64,000 nt of DNA from Desulfobulbus sp. (GTDB taxonomy: Bacteria > Desulfobacterota > Desulfobulbia > Desulfobulbales > Desulfobulbaceae), in the NCBI GenBank assembly GCA_003604995.1, contig QZJD01000054.1:9692-73691 (forward strand). Reading direction: 5' to 3'. Within the stretch, counting starts at the first letter, position 1, and every line of letters begins with the position of its first letter. Positions 1 to 8,176 of this stretch are shown one piece after another. The position numbers were made by a program, and so were the translations under genes. Below the pieces are notes generated by a model that saw only the letters and a list, made by a program, of their open reading frames with translations, was not told where the DNA came from and ran no database searches.

Positions 1-520
1 GTAAACCGGGGGTGTCCATAGCCTCCCAGAGGAAACCGTCATATGTTCTCTTATCTTTCTCCGTGCTGATCCTGGCCTGGTATTTCACCGCCTTGATCCC
101 GCCGACGGTCTCCTCTCCGATCCTGGTCTTGTCGATCCTGGTCTCGGTCCGAAAAAAATGGGGGACGCCCCTGCCCATCGCCGCGAGGGGCAGTTCCTGG
201 TACTGCTGGGCCGCCGGAGCGAGGAGCCAGAGCAGGTCCTTGTCGTAGCGGGCGATCATCGTGGAAAAGACCCGGCCGCCGATGACCTGCATCCGCATTT
301 TTTCACCCTGGAGGTGCATCCGGGCAACCGAGGTATGGCCCTGGATGGTGGTGACCATTTTGGCGCTGAATCCTTTCTTTGCGTCCGGGGATTCCGAGGC
401 GCCGGCGGGATGCAGGGCAAGGAAAAGAACAAAAAGGACAAGCAATGGGCTGGCAAAGGGTTTTCTGCCTTTGGTTGGTCTGGTGCGGTCTGTCTTCATG
501 GGGAATCCTGCGGGATTCAT
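1..520 (-). CDS. hypothetical secreted protein, truncated by the left window edge
   Basis: Open minus-strand frame running off the left edge, so it is absent from the ORF track (no stop in window). ATG at 520 or 499. N-terminus MNPAGFPMKTDRTRPTKGRKPFASPLLVLFVLFLALHPAGA resembles a signal peptide. Lies 107 nt downstream of the 627..2270 gene on the same strand. Confidence 0.45.
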   Translation of the reverse strand, partial: MNPAGFPMKTDRTRPTKGRKPFASPLLVLFVLFLALHPAGASESPDAKKGFSAKMVTTIQGHTSVARMHLQGEKMRMQVIGGRVFSTMIARYDKDLLWLLAPAAQQYQELPLAAMGRGVPHFFRTETRIDKTRIGEETVGGIKAVKYQARISTEKDKRTYDGFLWEAMDTPGL

Positions 521-626
521 CGTATTCGATCGCCCTTTTCAGAGGGATGAAAAGGAGAGCCTGCGGCAGCCCGCCGAATACGGGCCGCCGCAGGAGGTAT
601 TGGTTGGGGGAGAAAATCCGCCCCGG

Positions 627-2270
627 TTAATCCAGTTCCACGTTCACGGTTACTGTTCCGCCCAGTTCGGAGACGATGTCCACAGTGGGGTAATAGGTGG
701 AGGTCGGGAAGTTTCCGTAAAAAATGTTCCGATACGAACTGTAGTTCAGGGTGTAGATATTTCCGCCGTAAACGGCAACCAGGTTGGCCGCTTCGCCGGC
801 ATCGCTCCGGGCCCTGATCGAGAGGATATTCTTGTCGTCCTTGTATTCCGCGTCAATTACGGTGATGACGTCCGGATCATCGACCGCAGGTGGCTCTTCG
901 TCGGGCAGGTCGGCATTGCCATCCTCCCATTCAATGGTGAGCTGGGCGTCCATGATCTCGGTGCCGCTGTACTCGCCCTTGACGAACAGGATCAGGTCGA
1001 AGTCCGGGGTGAGCGGTGAGCCCTCGGCCCAAGACAGGCCGTCCGGCGTGGTATCCGCCGGGTCAAAGGGATTCAGATCCAGGTAGTTGTTCCAGTTGGC
1101 CGAATCGGTCAGCGGCGAGGGGACCGGCGGATCCATGGGCGCCTGGGTGACCGGATCCTTTTCGTTCCAGGCCAGCAGGTTGATGGTGGTGGTGGTCAGG
1201 GACCCCTTGGTGTACCAGGGGATCTCGACTCCGGGGATATCCTGGCCGAATTTGCTCGATTTCAGACGGTAGCGGGGATTGTCGCCGCCAAAGGGATCGC
1301 GGTCCAGGGAGGTGTACCAGGCGTTGGTATAGCCCAGCCACTGGTCCACCGACCGGCCGTTCTCCAGATCGATCAGGGCCGGGTCGCGCAGGACCGTGCC
1401 CGCCGGGATGAAGTCGCCGTCCCCCTCAAAGGCGTCCTTATCGGAAAGCCAGCGGCCCAGGGAATCCACCGTGTAGCCCGGCTTGATGCCGCTGGCCCAC
1501 TCGTTTTCAAAGTCCTCGGGCCGGATCTGGTCGTTGGGGCTGGTGGTGATCCGGTGGGTGATGGTCAGGCTGGCCTTGGTCACCTTGTAGTTGGCGCCCG
1601 GCGCCTTCCATTCCTCAGGGAGCGGAATCCGCTTGTAGAGGCGCAACGTGGTGGGCCTCTTCTTGTAATTGCCCCACTGGTACAGGATTTTGCCATCGTC
1701 CTTCATGCGGGTGGTATAGTCGCCCAGGTTCAGCGGTTCACCGGTGGTCGGATCAGAAAATACCTCGACCAGCGGCGGCATCCAGGGGGCGTTGCACACA
1801 TGGTCCATGACGACATAGTGCTCGGAACCGGCCTTCACGTCGAGGCCGCCGAGACCGGCCATGACCTCGCCCTTCAGCATCCCGGTCAGGTAACCCGGGG
1901 TTTCGTCGTTCTTGCAGTCGATGCCGATGACATTGCCGGAGCCGTCAAGGATATTGGCCACGTAGCCCTCTTCGAAGACGCCGTCGCGCGGCCGCGGATT
2001 GGCGGCCACGGTGGGGTCGAAGTCCCGGACATTGAACCCGTAGGCGGAGTCGATTCCGTAGTGGGTATAGGTATCCTTGAAAAAGTCCGAGTCGAGCAGC
2101 GGGCTGCCCGTATCGAGGCAGGCACTGCCGAACAGGTCGGTATCGCACTGGACGTCATCCAGGGAAAAGACATATTTCTGACTGGTGTAGACGCGGGTGG
2201 CGGCATCGGCGGCCCCGGCGGCGAGCACCAGGGCGGCGCAGGCCAGGGCGGTGGAATACAGTTTCTTCAT
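627..2270 (-). CDS. orphan secreted protein (547 aa), no family recognised
   Basis: ORF 627..2288 trimmed to ATG 2270. Signal peptide MKKLYSTALACAALVLAAGAADA with a GAGGGG Shine-Dalgarno upstream. Acidic, Cys-containing mature part with a beta-rich C-terminal ~90 aa. Confidence 0.75.
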   Translation of the reverse strand: MKKLYSTALACAALVLAAGAADAATRVYTSQKYVFSLDDVQCDTDLFGSACLDTGSPLLDSDFFKDTYTHYGIDSAYGFNVRDFDPTVAANPRPRDGVFEEGYVANILDGSGNVIGIDCKNDETPGYLTGMLKGEVMAGLGGLDVKAGSEHYVVMDHVCNAPWMPPLVEVFSDPTTGEPLNLGDYTTRMKDDGKILYQWGNYKKRPTTLRLYKRIPLPEEWKAPGANYKVTKASLTITHRITTSPNDQIRPEDFENEWASGIKPGYTVDSLGRWLSDKDAFEGDGDFIPAGTVLRDPALIDLENGRSVDQWLGYTNAWYTSLDRDPFGGDNPRYRLKSSKFGQDIPGVEIPWYTKGSLTTTTINLLAWNEKDPVTQAPMDPPVPSPLTDSANWNNYLDLNPFDPADTTPDGLSWAEGSPLTPDFDLILFVKGEYSGTEIMDAQLTIEWEDGNADLPDEEPPAVDDPDVITVIDAEYKDDKNILSIRARSDAGEAANLVAVYGGNIYTLNYSSYRNIFYGNFPTSTYYPTVDIVSELGGTVTVNVELD

Positions 2271-2544
2271 TGGTGGTTCCCCTCTCATTGTGATCGTTCT
2301 AATCGGTTTGTCGGGTCCCGGTCAGCTGCGGCAACAGAACGGCATTGTCCCGCCGATTCGGGTGGTGATGACCCGGGGGCGGGAAAAGGTCGGCTGTCGG
2401 TGCAACAACCGGTCGCAGAGACAACGCTGATCAGTGGCATGTGCGCTGCCCCGGTCGTGAACCCTGTGATGGTTTCTTCCGTATTTGTTCTCTTTCCCTG
2501 CAGGATGGCGGGCAACAAATAAATCGCCATTCACTTTCCGTAGG

Positions 2545-2559
2545 GCAAGACCTGTGCCA
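2545..2559 (-). promoter_or_regulatory. sigma-54 (-24/-12) promoter candidate
   Basis: Minus strand reads TGGCAC-AGGTC-TTGC, an exact match to the TGGCAC-N5-TTGC core. Lies about 275 nt upstream of ATG 2270. Confidence 0.55.
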
Positions 2560-2682
2560 TTTTGTCGCAGGCCCGGAAAAAGGACGGGGGATTCAGGCAA
2601 CTTACTGAAATAACTTTTTTTCTAAAAGAAAGAGAGGGGCGGGCACAGGGGGCGTACGGGTTTGTCTGAGGATAGGGGTGGG

Positions 2683-2713
2683 CAGTTTCTGGCGAGCGGC
2701 TCGCCAGAAACTG
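2683..2713. promoter_or_regulatory. 31-bp perfect palindrome, candidate enhancer (UAS) for the sigma-54 promoter
   Basis: CAGTTTCTGGCGAGC-G-GCTCGCCAGAAACTG. Its centre lies ~140 bp upstream of the -24 element at 2554-2559. Confidence 0.35.
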
Positions 2714-2812
2714 GCGGCCTGCCATTCGTCGATGGGGCGACTGAACGAATCCCGCGGGACCGGGGGTGGAATCTTTCCGGCCGGGCGCGGTGAGGATGCT
2801 GGTGCCGGGCCG

Positions 2813-2959
2813 CTATTTTTTCAGGACCTTGATGGCATCCTTCGCCCTGACCCTGCCGCCGGCGATGACCCGGCTGAAAATTCCTTCCCTGGGCATGATG
2901 CGGTCGCCGGTGGCCTTCTTGATGGCTAAGTCGCTGCTGCGTTCCTTGTCGCTCAGTTT
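2813..2959 (-). pseudogene. C-terminal remnant of a MOSC-domain gene (48 codons, no start)
   Basis: Minus-strand frame between TAA (2960-2962) and TAG (2813-2815) reads KLSDKERSSDLAIKKATGDRIMPREGIFSRVIAGGRVRAKDAIKVLKK. The intact MOSC C-terminus at 6287.. reads AIKKATGDCIMPREGIFSRVITGGRVRANDTIQLMNK. No ATG, GTG or TTG start is present. Confidence 0.6.
2841..2926 (+). repeat. direct repeat copy 1 (86 bp, 82/86 identical to 6315..6400)
   Basis: ttcgccctgaccctgccgccggCgatgacccggctgaaaattccTtccctgggcatgatgcGgtcgccggtggcctTCttgatggc, aligned by eye to the second copy in the same orientation. Confidence 0.85.
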
Positions 2960-2974
2960 TTAAAAACGCTGCAG

Positions 2975-3032
2975 GCAAAAATCAATCAATAACCGGGCAC
3001 TTTTGTGCGCCCGGTTATTGATTGATTTTTGC
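2975..3032. terminator. bidirectional intrinsic-terminator-like hairpin
   Basis: gcaaaaatcaatcaataaccgggcac-tttt-gtgcgcccggttattgattgatttttgc. About 26-bp inverted repeat with one bulge. GC-rich core stem flanked by T-rich tails on both strands. Confidence 0.5.
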
Positions 3033-3283
3033 TTGACAAGGGTGTTCCGTTGGCGGAGACTTTCTCTTAAGTGAGACTCATTTATAGTGACGGCGCAGCG
3101 AGAGAAAAATATTTTGGAAAAGGATGAGTTGCGAAATCGTCCGGAAGCGGAGCAACCCGCCGTTGGGGACGATTTCCCAACCCAAGTGTTTTTTGCCGAT
3201 GGGAGCAGATGTTCATTTTGCAAGGGGCTCAATTTATCCTGATAATGCAAACGGGTGAACTAACAAACAGGGAGGTGTTTTCT

Positions 3284-4108
3284 ATGAAAAAGGCATGCAT
3301 GGTTATTATTTCAGGCTTGTTTCTTCTGTCAGGAATGACGGCGGCTGCTGAAGGATTGTCCTACAGCGGTTCTTCGACTATCGGGATGTCGATCCTGGAT
3401 GCAGGCGCAGTAAAGGCATTTGAAAAGGAAACAGGCATCAAATTCAAGTCCATCGAACAACCCGGGTCAGGGAAGGGCATCCAGGCGCTGCTTGACGGCA
3501 AGGTGACGCTGGCCGGAGCATCGCGCGCTCTGAAGTCAGAGGAAAAGGCCAAGAAGCTGCTCGGCACCGCCATCGGGTACGACGCCATAGCCGTCTTCGT
3601 GCACAAAAACAACCCGGTGCAGAATCTGAGCAAGGAGCAGATCAAGGGGATTTTCACCGGCGCGATAAAGAACTGGAAGGAAGTGGGCGGCAAGGATGCT
3701 CCCATCCAGCCGAACACCGAGATCGCCGGTGAAAAGCGTGCGACTATGCTGGCTTTTCAGGAGATGGCCATGGACAACGCTCCATACGGCACCGGGTTCA
3801 AGGAGATCGATTTTCCCCGCGACCAGATCGTGGATGTCGCCAAGAATGAGAACGCCATCTGCAGTGTAAGCTACGGCCTGCTGGCAGCGGTGAGTAGCGA
3901 TTTGCGCGACAATGTGAAGGCAGTCACGGTCAACGGCACCGAGCCTACGACGCCAAATATTCAATCGGGGGCCTACCTGATTTCGCGGCCGCTGCTTCTG
4001 GTTACCCTGGGACTGCCCAAGGACGACGCCAAGGCGTTCATAAATTTCATGCTGTCACCTCAGGGACAGAAGATCGTAGCCGTCAATTTCGTCCCGGTAA
4101 GAAAATAA
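3284..4108 (+). CDS. PstS-family (phosphate-type oxyanion) periplasmic binding protein
   Basis: ORF 3209..4108 trimmed to ATG 3284 (GGAGG at 3271). Signal peptide MKKACMVIISGLFLLSGMTAAA. PBP-like blocks GSSTIG..GSGKGIQALLDGKV..ASRALKSEE..IGYDAIAVFVHKNNPVQNLSKEQIKGIFTG.IKNWKEVGG. Confidence 0.8.
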   Translation: MKKACMVIISGLFLLSGMTAAAEGLSYSGSSTIGMSILDAGAVKAFEKETGIKFKSIEQPGSGKGIQALLDGKVTLAGASRALKSEEKAKKLLGTAIGYDAIAVFVHKNNPVQNLSKEQIKGIFTGAIKNWKEVGGKDAPIQPNTEIAGEKRATMLAFQEMAMDNAPYGTGFKEIDFPRDQIVDVAKNENAICSVSYGLLAAVSSDLRDNVKAVTVNGTEPTTPNIQSGAYLISRPLLLVTLGLPKDDAKAFINFMLSPQGQKIVAVNFVPVRK

Positions 4109-4122
4109 TCAAATAAGAAAAT

Positions 4123-4153
4123 AATCCCGCCTCGGCAATACCGGGGCGGGATT
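4123..4153 (+). terminator. intercistronic stem-loop (possible partial terminator or mRNA stabiliser)
   Basis: aatcccgcctcgg-caata-ccggggcgggatt. 13-bp stem with one G-U pair and no U-tract. The MCP Shine-Dalgarno follows immediately. Confidence 0.3.
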
Positions 4154-4163
4154 GTGAGGCGGT

Positions 4164-6011
4164 ATGAAACTCGCATCCTGGTTCTCAACGTTTTTACAGA
4201 CCCTTGCAAGGCCTTTTAGGAACCTGAAATTGCGATACAAGCTCTGGCTTCTGGTCCTGATTGTGCTTGCTGGACTCGCGGCATCCTCTCTTTCCAGTGT
4301 TTTTCTCCTTTCCCAGGTGCGGATCGGTAGTGATCTCTATGGGCAGATCAAGGGAAACCGGGATCTGCTTGAACAGATCGCCCGCCTGGAGTCCAAACTG
4401 AACCAGTACCGTGCAGAGATGGCCATTGTCATCGATGAGACGGATTCGGATAAGGCTGCTCAGATCCGGGGCAGTATGAACGAGTTGAAGAGCGCCATTG
4501 AAGATGACTTTTCCGGGCTGTTGACAGCGGTTTTGAGCGAGGAAAAGACGGTGACGGTGCAGGATGCACAGAGCACCTGGAACGAATTCTCGGTAACGAA
4601 CGAGAATGAATTCCTTCCCTCTGTAGCGGCCGGGAACCGATCCGAAGCCCGCGAAATGGCCACGGGTATTCAAGAACAGCGATACAAGCGGTTCATAGAG
4701 CAGATCGACAATCTGGTCATGGTGACCGGGCTGGAGAACGAGGAAATCGAGGCGTTGGCGCAGACGACAAGGAATAAAATGCTGGGCCTGCTGCTTGTCG
4801 TGAACGGAGCCGTTTTTGCGGCCGTCGTTCTAGTCGTTCTGCTGATAGGCCGGTCGATCATCATTCCCATTTCAGGCGTCATGCACATCGTCGGGGAGAT
4901 GGCCTGCGGCCATCTGGACGAGAGGCTGAACCTCAAACGCAGTGACGAGATAGGCAGGATGGCCGACAGCATCGATTCTCTGGGCAACACCCTGGAGCAT
5001 GAGGTGCTCGGCACGTTAAGCAAGCTTGCCGACGGTGACGTGAGCTTCAAGGTGACTCCGAAGGACGAAAAAGACGCCGTGGGCAACGCCCTGGTGAAGA
5101 TGACGAAGAACCTGAACGCGACGATCAAACACATCCAGCAGAACTCTTCAACCCTGGCCAGTTCGTCGGAAGAACTGTCCAACATTTCTTCGCAACTGGC
5201 GGCCAGCTCTGAGCAGACGACGGCACAGGCGGCCAATGTGGCGGCCTCCACCGAGGAAATCAATGTCAGTTCCCATGATATCAAGTTAATCGCCGAGAAG
5301 ATGTCGGGGAATATGCAGCTCCTGGCGGACGTAACCAAAAAAATCTCCGATGAGGTCGAGGAGATCGGCAACAAGGCCAAGGAAGGATCACGGATCAGTG
5401 AAACGGCGCTGGACATGGTGAACAACGCGAACGCCTCCATCCTCTCCTTGCAGGAGGCGGCTGGTCAGATCGGGATCACCACCGCGACCATTGAGGAGAT
5501 CACCGATCAGACCAAGCTTCTCGCCTTGAATGCCACCATTGAAGCGGCCCGGGCCGGAGATGCCGGCAAGGGTTTTGCGGTTGTTGCCGGGGAGGTCAAG
5601 GAACTGGCCAAGCAGAGCGCCGAGGCCGCGGAAAACATCTCCAAGCTGATCAAGGATGTCCAGAAAAAGACAGAAAACGCGGCCAAAGCCATACTTGAGG
5701 TTTCCGGGATCATCAGGCAGCTGAACGAGTCCTCCCAGGTAATCACCTCGGCGGTCAGCAGCCACTCCCAGGAAACCGAAGGCATGCTGACCATCGTCAA
5801 CGACTCCAGGGAAGCCACCAACGAGGTTACCGAAAGCATTGTTTCCCTTGCCGCCGGCGCCAATGAGGTTGCCGCCAATATCCAGGGGGTAAGCCAGGGT
5901 ATGGAGGACAGCAGCAGGGGGGTTCGGCAGATTAGCGCCTCTTCTGAGGAATTGGCCAAGCTGGCCGTTCAACTCCAGCAGCTGGTTGATCGTTTCAGGC
6001 TGGAATCCTGA
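4164..6011 (+). CDS. methyl-accepting chemotaxis protein
   Basis: N-terminal TM, ~190-aa periplasmic helical region, second TM, HAMP, then the MCP signalling domain ([34 protein letters not shown]). Confidence 0.9.
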   Translation: MKLASWFSTFLQTLARPFRNLKLRYKLWLLVLIVLAGLAASSLSSVFLLSQVRIGSDLYGQIKGNRDLLEQIARLESKLNQYRAEMAIVIDETDSDKAAQIRGSMNELKSAIEDDFSGLLTAVLSEEKTVTVQDAQSTWNEFSVTNENEFLPSVAAGNRSEAREMATGIQEQRYKRFIEQIDNLVMVTGLENEEIEALAQTTRNKMLGLLLVVNGAVFAAVVLVVLLIGRSIIIPISGVMHIVGEMACGHLDERLNLKRSDEIGRMADSIDSLGNTLEHEVLGTLSKLADGDVSFKVTPKDEKDAVGNALVKMTKNLNATIKHIQQNSSTLASSSEELSNISSQLAASSEQTTAQAANVAASTEEINVSSHDIKLIAEKMSGNMQLLADVTKKISDEVEEIGNKAKEGSRISETALDMVNNANASILSLQEAAGQIGITTATIEEITDQTKLLALNATIEAARAGDAGKGFAVVAGEVKELAKQSAEAAENISKLIKDVQKKTENAAKAILEVSGIIRQLNESSQVITSAVSSHSQETEGMLTIVNDSREATNEVTESIVSLAAGANEVAANIQGVSQGMEDSSRGVRQISASSEELAKLAVQLQQLVDRFRLES

Positions 6012-6286
6012 TTTTTTTTTCCGGATGTAGGAACCGGCAGGGACTCATTAGTGTCCGGCTGGGGTTTGCATAAAAAAGAGCGCGCTGATGTTCATAAATC
6101 CGGTGGTGCGGGCGATTGGCTGACCCGGGAGGCCAATATCGCGAACAACCCCCACCCCATCCCCTGCGGGGAGAGTGATTTTGCATCAAGCTTCTCCTTG
6201 GCAATAATCCCAGCCTGCAAAATAAATGGCCGCAGGAAAGGGCGGGGGAAGGTATTTTCCAAACAACCTGGCAGAACAGTGCCGGA

Positions 6287-6727
6287 TCATTTATTCATTA
6301 GCTGGATGGTATCGTTCGCCCTGACCCTGCCGCCGGTGATGACCCGGCTGAAAATTCCCTCCCTGGGCATGATGCAGTCGCCGGTGGCCTTTTTGATGGC
6401 GCAGCCGTCGTTGTGGCATTCCTTGCCGATCTGGGTAATCTCCAGGACCACCTCTTCGCCGACCCGGAGGCGGTCGCCGATTTTAAGTGCGGTTAGATCG
6501 ATGCCCCGGGTAATGATGTTTTCGGCAAAGGCGCCGTTCTTCAGAGTGGGCAGCACCTCCTTGACATTGTCGATGGATTCCCCGGCGAGCAGTGACACCT
6601 GCCGGTGCCAGGCGCCGGCGTGGGCGTCGTTTTCAATGCCCCATTCCGCCTTGAGGGCGACCTCCGCCTGTTCCCGCTTGACGATCCCTTTCTTCTCGCT
6701 GATGCAAACCGCTTCCACATGTGCCAT
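6287..6727 (-). CDS. MOSC-domain protein
   Basis: ORF 6287..6817 trimmed to ATG 6727 (MAHVEAVCISEKKG.., GAGGA upstream). The upstream part of the ORF is only the translated heptamer repeat. Last gene of the Moco operon. Confidence 0.8.
   Translation of the reverse strand: MAHVEAVCISEKKGIVKREQAEVALKAEWGIENDAHAGAWHRQVSLLAGESIDNVKEVLPTLKNGAFAENIITRGIDLTALKIGDRLRVGEEVVLEITQIGKECHNDGCAIKKATGDCIMPREGIFSRVITGGRVRANDTIQLMNK
6315..6400 (+). repeat. direct repeat copy 2 (inside the 3' end of the intact MOSC gene)
   Basis: See 2841..2926. Same orientation, 3474 bp apart. Confidence 0.85.
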
Positions 6728-6753
6728 ATTTTTTTCCTCTGTCTTCAAACGTA

Positions 6754-6837
6754 ACCCGCAACCTGAAACCCGCAACCCGCAACCCGCAACCCGCAACCCG
6801 CAACCTGAAACCCGCAACCCGCAACCTGAAACCCGTT
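6754..6837. repeat. tandem heptanucleotide repeat, 12 units (ACCCGCA / ACCTGAA variants)
   Basis: Counted unit by unit: ACCCGCA ACCTGAA (ACCCGCA)x5 ACCTGAA (ACCCGCA)x2 ACCTGAA ACCCGTT. It starts at the moeA stop codon and ends 27 nt before the MOSC ATG. Confidence 0.95.
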
Positions 6838-8053
6838 ACACCGGTTCTCTTCGAAAATCGTACCGGTAGACATCGCTGCGTTCACCCTCCTTCAGCGTCT
6901 GGCCCGGTCCCAGGATGATATAACCGTCCGCCTCGGAGAGCGAGGTCAGCATGTGGGAGCCCTGCCTGGCCGCATGGGTGATGCAGTAGCCGCCGTGGGG
7001 CCGCCAGGTCAGCTGGACCCTGATCAGGTTGGTCCGCTTCTCCCGATTTGTGATCTCGGCGGCCACCTCGCCGGAAACGGTCGGCCAGCCGAAGGGCAGG
7101 CCGTTCAGGGCGGTGATCACCGGCCGGACGTAATGAGCGAAGCACATGAAGGCGGATACCGGGTTGCCGGGCAGGCCGAACAGGAGGGTGTCCCCTTTTC
7201 TGGCAAAATAGAGGGGTTTGCCGGGTTTCTGTTTGATCTTCCAGAAGAGGGGGGCGAAGCCGTTGGCTTCGGCCGCTTCTTTGACGTGATCGTGCCGGCC
7301 CACCGAAACCCCGCCCGTACAGAGGATAATGTCCGCCTCCGTGCCGGCGATGGCCTCCCGGGTGGCCTGGGCATCGTCGGGGACGCGGATTCCCTTGGCA
7401 ACGATCCCGCCGGTTTCCTGGACGGCGGCCTGGAGCATGATCATGTTGGAATCCCTGATCTGGTGAGCGGCAATCTGTTCGCCGACGGCCGCCAGTTCGG
7501 AGCCGGTTACCAGGAGGGCGACGGTGCAGCGTTTGTACACCCGGATCGCCGTAATGCCGACGGCTGCCAGCAGGGCTGCCTGGGGGGCCGCAATCCTGGA
7601 GCCCTTCTGGAGGAGCAGGTCGCCTGTCCTGAATTCTTCGCCCTGCCGGCGGACGTCCTGCCCTTGTTTTTTGACGGCCCGGATGGCCACCGTGTCGCCG
7701 CGCTCTTCGGTGTCCTCGACCCGTACCACCGTATCGCACCCTTCGGCGAGCATTGCGCCGGTGCTGATCCGGATGGCCTCTCCCCTGCCCACCGTGCCCG
7801 CAAAGGCAGTCCCGGCCTGGCTCTCACCCACGATGGCAAGGCGGACGGGTGCTTCCGGACTTGCGGCGGCCACGTCTTCCCAGCGCACTCCGTAGCCGTC
7901 CATGGCCGAGTTGGTGTAGCGGGGCGACTGCTCAGGGGCCAGGATATCCTCGGCCAGGTAGCGCCCGACGGCCTCGACCAGGGGAAGGGGCTGCGCCACC
8001 GGCGGGGGGATATTGTTCTTGATGATCCGCAGGGCTTCTTCAACGGAAATCAT
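6836..8053 (-). CDS. moeA: molybdopterin molybdenumtransferase MoeA
   Basis: MISVEEALRII..., SPRYTNSAMDGYGVR and C-terminal MoeA domains. Sits in Moco operon context. Confidence 0.9.
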   Translation of the reverse strand: MISVEEALRIIKNNIPPPVAQPLPLVEAVGRYLAEDILAPEQSPRYTNSAMDGYGVRWEDVAAASPEAPVRLAIVGESQAGTAFAGTVGRGEAIRISTGAMLAEGCDTVVRVEDTEERGDTVAIRAVKKQGQDVRRQGEEFRTGDLLLQKGSRIAAPQAALLAAVGITAIRVYKRCTVALLVTGSELAAVGEQIAAHQIRDSNMIMLQAAVQETGGIVAKGIRVPDDAQATREAIAGTEADIILCTGGVSVGRHDHVKEAAEANGFAPLFWKIKQKPGKPLYFARKGDTLLFGLPGNPVSAFMCFAHYVRPVITALNGLPFGWPTVSGEVAAEITNREKRTNLIRVQLTWRPHGGYCITHAARQGSHMLTSLSEADGYIILGPGQTLKEGERSDVYRYDFRREPV

Positions 8054-8124
8054 GGCAACCTCGCAAAAGCGGAAATACTGAGCATCCGCCGATGAGATTT
8101 CAACACGTTATACGACCTGCCGGC

Positions 8125-8153
8125 GTCGTCATCGCATTTTTTGCGATGACGAC
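8125..8153. other. perfect 12-bp-stem hairpin between moaC/mog and moeA
   Basis: gtcgtcatcgca-ttttt-tgcgatgacgac. No U-tract follows on the transcribed (minus) strand. Confidence 0.6.
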
Positions 8154-8176
8154 AAATCATGGCCTTCCCCTTACCG

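Noticed and set aside
2435-2449. TGGCAT-GTGCG-CTGC on the plus strand, a sigma-54-like sequence.
   Set aside because: There is no plus-strand gene for ~800 bp downstream, and it has mismatches in both elements. It is probably chance.
2813-6400. Calling the PstS/MCP cassette a mobile element or genomic island feature.
   Set aside because: No integrase, transposase or tRNA is present. Only the flanking direct repeat and a visual GC drop support it, so it is reported as a finding rather than annotated as a mobile_element.
6728-6817. N-terminal extension of the MOSC ORF reading MRVSGCGLRVAGCGLRVSGCGL... as a possible repeat-containing protein domain.
   Set aside because: It is just the heptanucleotide repeat read in frame (7 nt x 3 = 7 aa). 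A good Shine-Dalgarno precedes the internal ATG 6727, and MOSC homology starts there.
6754-6837. Possible CRISPR array, considering this and the other tandem or inverted repeats in the window.
   Set aside because: The repeats are contiguous 6-7-nt units or palindromes without unique spacers, and there are no cas genes. I see no CRISPR array anywhere in the window.
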